NCBI GenBank assembly: GCA_043800535.1
Contig: JAZDMV010000008.1
Span: 9,251-73,250 of the forward strand
DNA from: a bacterium
GTDB lineage: Bacteria > Patescibacteriota > Minisyncoccia > Portnoybacterales > GWB1-42-6
Reading direction: 5' to 3'
DNA: 64,000 nt
Position numbers and translations under genes: made by a program. The notes beneath the pieces are model-generated. The model was not told where the DNA came from. It searched no databases and saw only the letters and a program-made list of their open reading frames with translations. This document shows, piece after piece, positions 48,159 through 57,208 of the stretch. Position 1 is the first letter of the stretch, and each line of letters opens with the position of its first letter.

Positions 48159-48235
48159 TGGTGGGCGACCCAGGAATCGAACCTGGCACCTCGTCATTAT
48201 CAGTGACGCGCTCTAACCAACTGAGCTAGTCGCCC
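48159..48235 (-). tRNA. tRNA-Ile (anticodon GAU), CCA encoded
   Basis: GGGCGAC-UA-GCUC-AGUUGGUU-AGAGC-G-CGUCA-CUGAUAA-UGACG-AGGUG-CCAGG-UUCGAUU-CCUGG-GUCGCCC-A-CCA. Confidence 0.9.
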
Positions 48236-48286
48236 ATAATTGTGCATTTTAACATTAAAAAATGCTTCTGTCAAAGCAGCTTTTGG

Positions 48287-49039
48287 CTAGTTTGACACTT
48301 GATAGTATTTGTTTGTTCCATTCCATCCCTGTTGGTTGGCCTGCAGGACGCCGGTTCCGCCGCCAGGAGTTGGGGCTGATAGATTAGGCAGGGTGACGCC
48401 TTCGCTGTCATTCTCCAGATTAACATAAAGCGCGCATTTGGAGTTTTCGTCGGCCATGTAATGGTAGTTTGACTGGGTTTCTGTGCCTGTTTGCGGGTCT
48501 TTTGGCACCTGCGAAATATAATTTTGGACCTGCGGGTATTTTATTTTTATTTCATCAAATAATTGGGCGATATCATAATCCCCTGTTCCTTGGTTCGGCA
48601 TATAGCAGGTTGAGCCCGAAAGAAATCTGCCGATCTGAGAAATTTCTGTTTTGCGCCTGACGTCCCTTGCTTTGGCGCGGGCCGGGCCGGTCGCAACAAT
48701 TATAACGCCGGCCAGAACCCCGATAATGGCCATAACTATAAGAAGTTCAATTAGCGTGAAGCCGCGTTTTTTAAAAAAGCCGCGGTATCTCTTTTGGACA
48801 TAAATAATTTGCCACCATCTTTGTCCCAAAAAATAACCGCCCAAAATTCCCGCGGCAAGAAGCACAATCGTGCCAAGCGTATGTATAAAAAACCAATCAG
48901 ACCAGGAAAGGCCAAGGCCGTATGTCGCAAAATTGTTTGAAAGCAGAACGATGACGAAAATTTCAATAAGGCCGTGGAGAATAAAACTTAAAAGACCGCC
49001 CAAAATTACGCAAAAAAATATATAGACGATTTTTTTCAT
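48287..49039 (-). CDS. Fusion protein: N-terminal ~100-aa polytopic membrane domain + type IV pilin-like domain
   Basis: [24 protein letters not shown] prepilin motif occurs at residue ~101 with no in-frame start codon before it. The preceding 100 aa are 3 TM helices. Confidence 0.55.
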   Translation of the reverse strand: MKKIVYIFFCVILGGLLSFILHGLIEIFVIVLLSNNFATYGLGLSWSDWFFIHTLGTIVLLAAGILGGYFLGQRWWQIIYVQKRYRGFFKKRGFTLIELLIVMAIIGVLAGVIIVATGPARAKARDVRRKTEISQIGRFLSGSTCYMPNQGTGDYDIAQLFDEIKIKYPQVQNYISQVPKDPQTGTETQSNYHYMADENSKCALYVNLENDSEGVTLPNLSAPTPGGGTGVLQANQQGWNGTNKYYQVSN

Positions 49040-49436
49040 ATTTTGATTATATCACAGCGTTTCATTTTTGCGTATGCACAAAATCCCCAGCCTTGAGGTA
49101 CTGGGGGCTTTATTAAAAGAGCGTGGGCATAATTTTAATAATATTTGCGACCGCACAGAGCGCTTCGCATCTGTGCGCCGAAGTGCATGACGGCGTCCAG
49201 GCGAGGCGCTCTGTGCGGGCACGAACAAACTGAATTTATAAGGGGGATGTTATTGTCCGTGCCGCGTATTAAAATCAATTTAATCATATCCCGCAAAGAT
49301 TAAATTCTTATTAAGGTTGATTCATAAGTTTATTACGAATATGGCTTGAAAAAGTTTCAATAAGTCTGCTTGTATAAGCACAAAAAAATGCCCGGAAGCA
49401 AAAGTTCCGGGCTAAGTTTGACGATAAAGGTCTGAT

Positions 49437-49805
49437 CTAATTGCCGTGGCCGTTCGACAAAAGCCACTGCCAGACAATACGGATATAGAAGGATTTTGGT
49501 CTTTCTTGAAACGGAATAAGGCGTTCAATCTCATCGTGGCATGGTCGGCAAACTTCAAAGGTCAGCTTATTGATATTGCCATTGCCGAAAAATCTTTTTG
49601 GAAAAATGTGATGGGTGGTGCGCGATTCCGAACGGCGGCATTTTATGCATCGTTTTTTCTTTTTTGACGCGGCGGCCTCCTTTTCAATTGCTTGTAGCGT
49701 AAAAATGTCGTCCTTGGTTAATATTTGATTTGGTTCAAGGCTGGCTGATGACCGCAGATTAGTGACCTGAGTTGCCAATTCGTTGCAGGCGATGCTCGTT
49801 TGCAT
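49437..49805 (-). CDS. HNH endonuclease
   Basis: CIKCRRSE...HHIFPKRFFGNGNINKL...CRPCHDEIE HNH/zinc-ribbon motif. Confidence 0.75.
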   Translation of the reverse strand: MQTSIACNELATQVTNLRSSASLEPNQILTKDDIFTLQAIEKEAAASKKKKRCIKCRRSESRTTHHIFPKRFFGNGNINKLTFEVCRPCHDEIERLIPFQERPKSFYIRIVWQWLLSNGHGN

Positions 49806-49936
49806 TTAGCGGCTCCTCTCTGGACCTCATAATTTTTTAAAGTTCTATCCTCCTTTCTTTTCCTGCGTGCGTATAATACGCTCTAATTATATTTTAACAA
49901 TTTTTTATCCCAAGGCAAACTGAGTTATTAACAGGA

Positions 49937-49980
49937 ATCGAAAAAAATGCGCATTATCGCGCTATAGCGCCATAATGCGC
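49937..49980 (-). terminator. Terminator after the P-type ATPase gene
   Basis: 32-nt near-palindrome GCGCATTATCGCGCTATAGCGCCATAATGCGC followed by ATTTTTTTCG on the minus strand. Confidence 0.65.
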
Positions 49981-50013
49981 AGAATAATCAGAAAAATGCG
50001 TACGTGCCTTTAT

Positions 50014-51867
50014 CTATTTTTTCAGATGCAGGCGGAAAAGTTTCATTGAATTTAAAAGAGGGATAAAGTCGGTGATGAAGTTATAGGCAGCGGCGCGGGC
50101 AGGCGGGAAAAACCCAAAAAACACCAGGACAAGACCTAAAACATTAACCAATCCCCATATCCAAAAATTTTGTCGCGCGACAGAAACGGAATATTTTGAA
50201 AGCTTTATTATTTCCGGCACTTTTGTCAGGTCGTCTTTCATGAGCGCGATATCCGCCGTTTCAATAGCGACGTCCGAGCCAATTGCGCCCATAGCAATAC
50301 CGATGTCAGCCAAAGCCAAAACCGCCGCGTCATTTACGCCGTCGCCTATCATGGCGACTTTGTATTTTTTGTTGAGGTAGGTTTTTAGATACCGGATCTT
50401 ATCTTCAGGGAGAAGATTGGCGTGGAATTCGCTGATGCCTGCCTGGCTGGCTACCCGGCGGGCAATTTTTTCATTATCGCCTGTCAGCATGACTATTTTT
50501 TCAATGCCGGTTGCTTTTAGTTCTGTGATCGCTTGTTTTGTTTGCGGCCGCAGTTCGTCAGCCAGAGCGGTAAAACAGATCATTTTGCCGTCTGCGGCGA
50601 AAAGAGTAATGTTGAAGCCACGGTTTTTGGCTTCGGTTATTTGGGCCATCTGGGCGTCAGTTATCTGAACATTCTGTTCTTGGAAAAATTGTAATTTGCC
50701 CGAAAGGATTTTTTTATTATGCCAAAGAGCTTGGGCGCCCTTGCCCGAATGTTCATGAAAATCCTGGGGCTCGCTTGGCACAATGTGATTTTCTTTGACA
50801 TATTCAATTACCGCCTTGGCCGACGGATGGCTGGAGAGCACGCAAACCGCACCGGCCAGTTGCAGCGCCTCGTCAGGGTCGACGCCGTTGAACGTGAAAA
50901 ATTCTTCAACTTTGAGCCGGCCGCGGGTCAGGGTTCCGGTCTTGTCAACCACGACAACTTTTAATTTGGATAATCCTTCAAGAATGTTATTTCCTTTTAT
51001 GATTATGCCCCGTTTTGCCGCGTATCCTATGGCTGCTAAAAATGCCAGGGGAATAGCCACGGCTATGTCGTCGGCGCAGGTCACAAGCAAAACAGAAAGC
51101 ACTAGGTCAAGATTAGCTGAAAAAAAATACAGAATTATGGCGCCGGCAATGGTTATAAAAATATACCAGCGCGTAAATCTTTCAGAAATGCCGTGGATGG
51201 CGGCTTTGTTTTGCTGGGATTTTTCCACCAGCTCAATAATGCGTTCAAGCGTTGTTTCGGGACCGATTTTTTCGGCGCGCACGACGATATTGCCATCAGT
51301 TACAATGGTTGAGCTGAGAACTATTTCACCGACAGATTTTGATACAGGCAGGGATTCGCCGGTCAAAGATGACTGGTCAACGCTGGCTTCGCCCTTGATT
51401 ATTGTGCCGTCAACTGGGATGCGTTCGCCAAGCTCCACCACGACCGAATCCCCTTTCTTGATCTGTTCAAGCGGGATTTCCTTAAGCTCTCCGTTTTCGT
51501 TAATTTTGGCGGTTTTTGGTTTAAGTTTAAGAAGCGAGGCGATGGCGCGCCGGGCGCGGGAGTCGGTGTAACGGGCAAAGAGCCGGGCTGATGCCAACAT
51601 CATGTTTATGAAAACGGCGGATGTCCATTCTTGTGCCAATAACGAAACTATTAAAGCGATGCTAGCCAGAAGATCAATCGAAATCGATTTTGCCTTCAGC
51701 GCGCGGAGAGCGCTTAGAATAACAGGCAGTGTGCCCAAACCAGCCAGGATGACCATAAGCGCGCTATCCACGTCAAGTGGCACAAGGCCCGAATAATGAA
51801 GCGCAAGCGATACCGCCAAGAGACACACAAGGACGGTATCTCTGTATATAAAAAATTTTTTCTTCAT
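50014..51867 (-). CDS. P-type ATPase (P1B-like heavy-metal transporter lacking N-terminal metal-binding domain)
   Basis: DKTGTLT phosphorylation motif, GDGVNDA hinge, TGES-like actuator. No HMA domain; TM6 has TCADD instead of the canonical CPC. Confidence 0.85.
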   Translation of the reverse strand: MKKKFFIYRDTVLVCLLAVSLALHYSGLVPLDVDSALMVILAGLGTLPVILSALRALKAKSISIDLLASIALIVSLLAQEWTSAVFINMMLASARLFARYTDSRARRAIASLLKLKPKTAKINENGELKEIPLEQIKKGDSVVVELGERIPVDGTIIKGEASVDQSSLTGESLPVSKSVGEIVLSSTIVTDGNIVVRAEKIGPETTLERIIELVEKSQQNKAAIHGISERFTRWYIFITIAGAIILYFFSANLDLVLSVLLVTCADDIAVAIPLAFLAAIGYAAKRGIIIKGNNILEGLSKLKVVVVDKTGTLTRGRLKVEEFFTFNGVDPDEALQLAGAVCVLSSHPSAKAVIEYVKENHIVPSEPQDFHEHSGKGAQALWHNKKILSGKLQFFQEQNVQITDAQMAQITEAKNRGFNITLFAADGKMICFTALADELRPQTKQAITELKATGIEKIVMLTGDNEKIARRVASQAGISEFHANLLPEDKIRYLKTYLNKKYKVAMIGDGVNDAAVLALADIGIAMGAIGSDVAIETADIALMKDDLTKVPEIIKLSKYSVSVARQNFWIWGLVNVLGLVLVFFGFFPPARAAAYNFITDFIPLLNSMKLFRLHLKK

Positions 51868-51985
51868 TTTTAATTTGTTTTACTTGGGCTATAATATGCT
51901 TGCAGTAAAGCACATTATATTGTATTATTATAATTCTGATTATATCATAAAAAGAGTAACAAATCAGCCAAAAGAACGTATAAAT

Positions 51986-52525
51986 ATGTCAGATAAGTTT
52001 AACAAATTAGCGCGAGAATTAAAAAACGGAGATCGCCGGGCCGGCGAACAGATCTTTGGCAGTTTCAGCGCTCCGATATTCCGATTCTTTCTGGTGAAGA
52101 CTTCAAGCCGCGAGACGGCTGAGGACCTGACCCAGGAAGTTTTTTTGAAATTAATTGATAAAATAGACACATTTGACGAGAATTTAGGTAGCTTTTCGGG
52201 ATGGTTTTGGCAGATAGCAAAGAATACTGTCAAGGATTATTACCGCAAAAAGAAATCGTTTCCCCTTTCGGATATGGCGTTGCAGGCGAAAGAAAAAAAT
52301 GATTATGCAGAGCAGAAGAATGACTTGAGGAATGAAATAAAAATGACGGAAATTCTGGAATTAATAAAGGAGCTTAATGAGGACGAACAGGAAGTATTTT
52401 CGCTGCACTATCTTTCTGACTTGGCTTATCGGGATATAAGCCGGGCGCTGGGAAGATCGGAAAGTTCGCTTAGGGTTCTGGTCCACAGGATAAATAAAAA
52501 AATAAGAAAACTTTTAGAGCAATGA
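51986..52525 (+). CDS. ECF-type RNA polymerase sigma factor
   Basis: Region 2 (DLTQEVFLKL...FSGWFWQIAKN) and region 4 (YRDISRALGRSESSLRVLVHRINKKIRK). ATG at 51986. Confidence 0.85.
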   Translation: MSDKFNKLARELKNGDRRAGEQIFGSFSAPIFRFFLVKTSSRETAEDLTQEVFLKLIDKIDTFDENLGSFSGWFWQIAKNTVKDYYRKKKSFPLSDMALQAKEKNDYAEQKNDLRNEIKMTEILELIKELNEDEQEVFSLHYLSDLAYRDISRALGRSESSLRVLVHRINKKIRKLLEQ

Positions 52526-53283
52526 TAGGATTTTTTAAAAAAAAGGCAATAGAATGGCGCCTGCGCGCAAAACTGCGTAAACAGTTTAGCCCGCGGCCCG
52601 AATTTCTGGCTTATTGCCGGGCTATTTTTCTCGAAAAAGCGGCGCAGAGGAATCCGGCCGGGCAGACCAAGCTGGCAGGCGGTTTTTATTTTGCCAGTTT
52701 TGCTAGATACAGTTTAGTTTCGTTTTTTGTTCTGTTGTTTTTGGGCAGCGGCGCGGCTGTCTATGCAGACGCGACAAACGTCAGCTACGGCCATCCGCTT
52801 TACAATTTTAAACTGGCAGTTGAGACAGTGCGCGTCAAAGTGGCGCCAGGCGGAAAAGCCGCAGTTTTGCGCACCGAATTTGCCGAGCGCCGCGTACAGG
52901 AAATAAAAATAGTCACAACGCAGAAACCAATGGCCGAGGCCGCTGAAAGCACAAAAGCTGAAAATGTAAAGGATGGCGTGCAAACAAAGGCAGGAGCAAA
53001 AGAACAGGAACACCAGCAAAAGATGGCTGATCTGCGCAGTCACTTAAAGAAGCAGGTTGATCTGGTCGTTGAGGAAATAGAAGAAAAGAAAGCAAAAAGC
53101 GCCAGCGCGGCAGAATTATGCGATTCTATGTCGCGGGTGATGAAGGAAGATGAAGAAATTGACAGAGAAGAGACAAAGGAGGAGCACGAACAGAGCTGGG
53201 CTCGCTTCAAAAAAAATTGCAGCGAATTTATGAATGACAAAGATAGCGGCAAGGTTAAAAACCGCGAAAGCAGCAATGACTGA
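52522..53283 (+). CDS. Putative anti-sigma factor (single TM, E/K-rich extracytoplasmic domain)
   Basis: Translationally coupled to the sigma gene (ATGA overlap). One TM at residues about 55-78. Confidence 0.5.
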   Translation: MIGFFKKKAIEWRLRAKLRKQFSPRPEFLAYCRAIFLEKAAQRNPAGQTKLAGGFYFASFARYSLVSFFVLLFLGSGAAVYADATNVSYGHPLYNFKLAVETVRVKVAPGGKAAVLRTEFAERRVQEIKIVTTQKPMAEAAESTKAENVKDGVQTKAGAKEQEHQQKMADLRSHLKKQVDLVVEEIEEKKAKSASAAELCDSMSRVMKEDEEIDREETKEEHEQSWARFKKNCSEFMNDKDSGKVKNRESSND

Positions 53284-53473
53284 ACAATAACGAGCTGGGC
53301 GTCAACAAGGCCTCTTTTCGCGGGGCTTTTTTATTTGCTTTAAGATAACAGAAGAATAATTTTTGTAACAAAGGCAATTTTTGAGCGTATTGATAAACAG
53401 ACAAGCAGAGGTTTTTATTTTATTTAATTTTTGTAAAGGTCGAACTTTAAACAATTAAGACAAATTCCAGCTT

Positions 53474-54055
53474 ATGAAAAAATTAGCAGCTAGATTAGCC
53501 ATGTTTCTGGGAGTTTTTACGCTTGCCTTGAGCCCGGTGCTGGCTGTCGCCACATACGCGGCGACAACGCATGCCTGGCTTGTTTCGGGCACCGCCACAG
53601 AAATTACAAGCACCAGCTTAAAGCTGACGCGCGGCAACAAGGTCTATACTGTGAATGTTTCCTCTTCTGCGACCGTGGTTGATAATGACTGGCAGGATAT
53701 CTCTTTAAACGAAATCCACACGGGTGACCGAGTTTTTGTTTTTGGCAAGGTTAATGATGTGACGATTGAGGCGATTTACGTCAAAGACAGGTCTGTGCCG
53801 GTTAAAATAGATGTCAGGGAAATGTCAGGAACGGCATCAAGCGTCTCTTCCGCTTCGTTTAGCTTAAAACGGGGAAGCAAGACGTCAACCATCAATATCG
53901 GCTCGCACACCATGCTGTTTGACAAGAACTGGGGAAATATAAGCTTGAGCGATATAAAAGACGGGCATCGGGTGACGGTTTACGGCCGGACCACTGATAA
54001 CGGCGCGACAGTTAACGCGGTATATGTAAAGGACAAAGATCTGCCTGCGTCTTAA
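53474..54055 (+). CDS. Secreted protein with two ~60-aa tandem beta-rich repeats
   Basis: Signal peptide; repeats LKLTRGNKVYTVNV...VTIEAIYVKD and FSLKRGSKTSTINI...ATVNAVYVKD. Downstream of the sigma/anti-sigma pair. Confidence 0.6.
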   Translation: MKKLAARLAMFLGVFTLALSPVLAVATYAATTHAWLVSGTATEITSTSLKLTRGNKVYTVNVSSSATVVDNDWQDISLNEIHTGDRVFVFGKVNDVTIEAIYVKDRSVPVKIDVREMSGTASSVSSASFSLKRGSKTSTINIGSHTMLFDKNWGNISLSDIKDGHRVTVYGRTTDNGATVNAVYVKDKDLPAS

Positions 54056-54101
54056 AAGGCGCAATAAAACAGTTCTTTTTCTTGCAAGACTAAAATAATT
54101 G

Positions 54102-54140
54102 ATAAGCAAAAATCCCCCGCACGGTGCGGGGGATTTTTGC
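54102..54140. terminator. Bidirectional terminator
   Basis: AAAAATCCCCCGCA-cggt-GCGGGGGATTTTTGC. Confidence 0.8.
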
Positions 54141-54160
54141 TTTAAACTAGTTAAATGTTT

Positions 54161-54943
54161 TTAACTTTTTCTGTTAAATGCAAGCACCGCCGCAGATATC
54201 ATGACAACAGAAAACCCGATAAGAAAAAGCAGGTTTACCATTAGCGGAAAAACGACAAGGCTGCTTAATACCTTTTGGGAAACGACATTATCCAAAATAA
54301 CGCGGCGCATGGCATCCACGCCGTAAGTCAAAGGATTTATGCGGGAAATCACTGTCATCCAGGTCGGCACGTTTGTCAGCGGGAAAAACGCGCCTGAAAG
54401 AAAGAACATGGGAAAAACCAGCACCTGCATGACCAAACCGAAAGTTTCGGTCGTTTTCATAAGCGAAGCGATAAGCAGACCAATGCCGGCGATGGCAAAG
54501 GAAAGGATTATCATCAGACCGAACAACTGGATGATCGTGAAAATATGCAGCTGCACGCCGATAAAAGGCGCGATGATAAGCAGGATCAGGCCCTGGAGCG
54601 AAGCGATGGTGGCGGCGCCCAGCGCCTTGCCGATGGAAATGGAAGTGCGCGGAATAGGCGCCACTAAAATTTCTTTTAAGAAACCAAACTCTCTGTCCCA
54701 GACGGTTGAAACGGTTGAAAAAAAGGCAATACCCATGACATTCATGGCGATTATGCCCGGGTACATGAATTTTATAAAATCAACGCCAAAATTGCCCTGC
54801 GTTAGGGTTTGGCTCAGGCCCGCGCCGAAAATGAACAGAAACATTATTGGCTGGAAAAACGAAGAAACGATCCTTGTTTTATCGCGCCAATATCTGATTA
54901 TTTCGCGCCGCCAGATTGTAATGATGGGCTGGATCAGGTTCAT
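54161..54943 (-). CDS. ABC-2 type transporter permease
   Basis: 260 aa, 6 TM, ABC-2 family pattern. Downstream of the ATPase gene. Confidence 0.8.
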   Translation of the reverse strand: MNLIQPIITIWRREIIRYWRDKTRIVSSFFQPIMFLFIFGAGLSQTLTQGNFGVDFIKFMYPGIIAMNVMGIAFFSTVSTVWDREFGFLKEILVAPIPRTSISIGKALGAATIASLQGLILLIIAPFIGVQLHIFTIIQLFGLMIILSFAIAGIGLLIASLMKTTETFGLVMQVLVFPMFFLSGAFFPLTNVPTWMTVISRINPLTYGVDAMRRVILDNVVSQKVLSSLVVFPLMVNLLFLIGFSVVMISAAVLAFNRKS

Positions 54944-54962
54944 ATTATTGCAAAATGTAATT

Positions 54963-55004
54963 TGACATACTCTCCCGCGCTCCCGAGCGCGGGAGAGTAT
55001 GTCA
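54963..55004. repeat. 42-nt perfect palindrome, copy 4
   Basis: TGACATACTCTCCCGCGCTC-CC-GAGCGCGGGAGAGTATGTCA between the ABC ATPase and permease genes. T/A to C/G compensatory pair relative to copy 1. Confidence 0.9.
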
Positions 55005-55017
55005 TGTTTGAGTTTAT

Positions 55018-55992
55018 CTACCTTCGCATCCTCATGCCGAACCGCTGTTTCATAAAATCTTTTCCGTCGGCTTCTTCTTCGCGGATCTTGCGTCCCGTCA
55101 AATGCAAAAACACGTCATCAAGAGTCGGCTTGCGAAGCTCTATTGAATCAATTTTTGTTTTTAGATCGTTGAACAGCCGCGGCAGGAATTTTTCGCCGTC
55201 CGGCACTTCTATGCGCAGGCCGCTCCCCTGCTCTTTTACCTCTTTGGCATAGAGAGCGCTTAATTCTTTTTTAAGGTTTTCTTTGTCAGCAGTTTCCATA
55301 TAGATTATGTCGCCGCCGAGCATCTTTTTTAAGTTTGCAGGCGTGTCCAGGGCCACAATTTTTCCGTTATCAATTATTCCGATGCGGTCGCAGTGTTCAG
55401 CTTCGTTCATATAATGCGTGGTCATAAAAATAGTCATTTGCTTTTCGCGCTTGAGTTTTATTACATATTCCCAGATATGGGCACGGGTCTGGGGGTCAAG
55501 TCCGAGCGTGGGTTCGTCCAAAAACAGGACAGCCGGATAATGGGTCAGCCCGCGGGCAATTTCAAGGCGTCTCTTCATGCCGCCGGAAAATGTTTTAACA
55601 ATGTCGTCTTTTCGGTCCCATAAGTCAACAAGCCGCATAACTTCTTCAATTCTGGCGTTGTATTGGTCTTTTGGCACGCCGTAAAGCTCAACATGGAAAC
55701 AGAGGTTTTCTTCGGCAGTCAGGCGGTCGTCAAGCGAAGGGTCCTGGAACACAAGGCCGATGGATTTGCGTACTTCGTTCTGCTGGTTGGTTATGTCAAA
55801 GTTATTGACCGTGGCAATGCCACTGGTCGGGGTTGTTATGGTTGCGAGCATATTTGTCGTGGTTGATTTACCCGCGCCATTTGGCCCGAGGAAACCAAAA
55901 ATTTCCCCTTTTTTTACGTCAAAGGAAACTGAATCAACGGCCGTGCGGCCGTTAAATTTTTTTGTCAGATTTTTTACCTCAATGATATCCAT
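55018..55992 (-). CDS. ABC transporter ATP-binding protein
   Basis: Walker A GPNGAGKST, signature LSGGMKRRLEIA, Walker B LFLDEPT. Confidence 0.9.
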   Translation of the reverse strand: MDIIEVKNLTKKFNGRTAVDSVSFDVKKGEIFGFLGPNGAGKSTTTNMLATITTPTSGIATVNNFDITNQQNEVRKSIGLVFQDPSLDDRLTAEENLCFHVELYGVPKDQYNARIEEVMRLVDLWDRKDDIVKTFSGGMKRRLEIARGLTHYPAVLFLDEPTLGLDPQTRAHIWEYVIKLKREKQMTIFMTTHYMNEAEHCDRIGIIDNGKIVALDTPANLKKMLGGDIIYMETADKENLKKELSALYAKEVKEQGSGLRIEVPDGEKFLPRLFNDLKTKIDSIELRKPTLDDVFLHLTGRKIREEEADGKDFMKQRFGMRMRR

Positions 55993-56096
55993 AGCAGGAT
56001 TTAATTATATGACATTTTGAAATTTGGCGCAATATATCGAGCGTTAAATAGGATACACGCCAAAGTTTTCTGATGGTAATGTATTTTGTCAAATAA

Positions 56097-56130
56097 AAAG
56101 ACCCCGCCTTGGGCGGGGTCTTTTTAAAAT
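56097..56130 (-). terminator. Terminator after the RRM gene
   Basis: AAAAGACCCCGCC-ttgg-GCGGGGTCTTTTT. Confidence 0.75.
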
Positions 56131-56142
56131 CTCGTGAAAGAT

Positions 56143-56463
56143 TTAGTAGCGGTCTCTGCCGCCGCCGAATCCACCGCGTCTTTCGCGGAAGCCGCCTTCA
56201 CGGCGGGGCGGGCGGGATTCTAAAGGTCGCGCTTCATTAACTGTCAGGTTGCGGCCTTCGAATTCTTTGCCGTTCCACATTTCGATCGCCTTTGTCGCAT
56301 CTTCATCGGAAGTCATCTCAACGAAGCCGAAGCCCCGTGAGCGGCCGGACATTTTGTCAACAATGATTGTTGCTGACTCAACTGCGCCGGCTTGCGAAAA
56401 AGCTTCTTTCAAAGAATCTTCAGTGGTGCTGTATGAGAGACCACCGATATATAACTTTTTTGC
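56143..56463 (-). CDS. RRM-domain RNA-binding protein with RGG/Gly-rich tail
   Basis: KLYIGGLSYSTT (RNP2) and RGFGFVEM (RNP1). Confidence 0.8.
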   Translation of the reverse strand, partial: AKKLYIGGLSYSTTEDSLKEAFSQAGAVESATIIVDKMSGRSRGFGFVEMTSDEDATKAIEMWNGKEFEGRNLTVNEARPLESRPPRREGGFRERRGGFGGGRDRY

Positions 56464-56704
56464 CATTTGATTTGATTTTGGGTGATAAACACCCTGCTTA
56501 ATTATTTCAGTAGGACGACCCCTCACTTAGCTTGCCCTAGTACCATTAATAGGTACGGGGTTGAAATTTCAAGATTGTGGCTTATCGCCCTATCTGAAAT
56601 TATGACTAACTGAGAAACCTACGATAAATCCATTATAGCGCAAAACAAACTTAAAGTCAAGCTTTGGCTTGGTTTGCGCGCAATAAACATTTATCCTTCG
56701 AGCG

Positions 56705-56826
56705 GAGCCCCGATGTTGCGTTGGGGCGAAGTCGAGAAGTTTACATCATAAGGAATAGTTCTCGACGCGTCCTGCACTCCGCCTGCTGGCGGGGTGCAGG
56801 GCTTGCTCGAAGAATAAAATAATAGT
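56705..56826. repeat. Intergenic composite inverted-repeat element (TTCTCGAC / GTCGAGAA family), copy 2
   Basis: TTCGAGCGGAGCCCC...GAAGTCGAGAAGTTT + AGTTCTCGACGCGTCCTGCACTCCGCCtgctGGCGGGGTGCAGGGCTTGCTCGAAGAATAA. Confidence 0.6.
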
Positions 56827-56841
56827 TTAGAACTCCTTCGT

Positions 56842-57036
56842 TCATTCCTCCTTTATCTGCTCCTTCATTTTCTCTTCCATCTCTTCTTTTGACATTTCTG
56901 CCATCATTTCTTTGACTTTTTCTTTGTGGACCTCGCTTGCGTGATCCGTCGCTTTTTTCATGACTTCCTCCTCGGTTTCGTCTTTGGCCACGTAATCGCA
57001 GGCCACTCCCATGTCTTTGCAAGCTAATGTTTTCAT
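56842..57036 (-). CDS. DUF1059-like small metal-binding protein
   Basis: MKTLACKDMGVACDYV...TEEE..H..H pattern and acidic tail. Confidence 0.6.
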   Translation of the reverse strand: MKTLACKDMGVACDYVAKDETEEEVMKKATDHASEVHKEKVKEMMAEMSKEEMEEKMKEQIKEE

Positions 57037-57208
57037 GTTTTTTTGACTGTTTTAATTAGCCAATGATTCGACCTTTACAAATACCTTACATTATTGCAGT
57101 GAAGATTTAATTAAATACGCCGCAGCTGCGCTTAATGTTGCGCCAAGCAATTGATTTCCAGAGGCAAATATATTATACTGGAAAAAACATAATTTTTTTC
57201 TAAACGCA

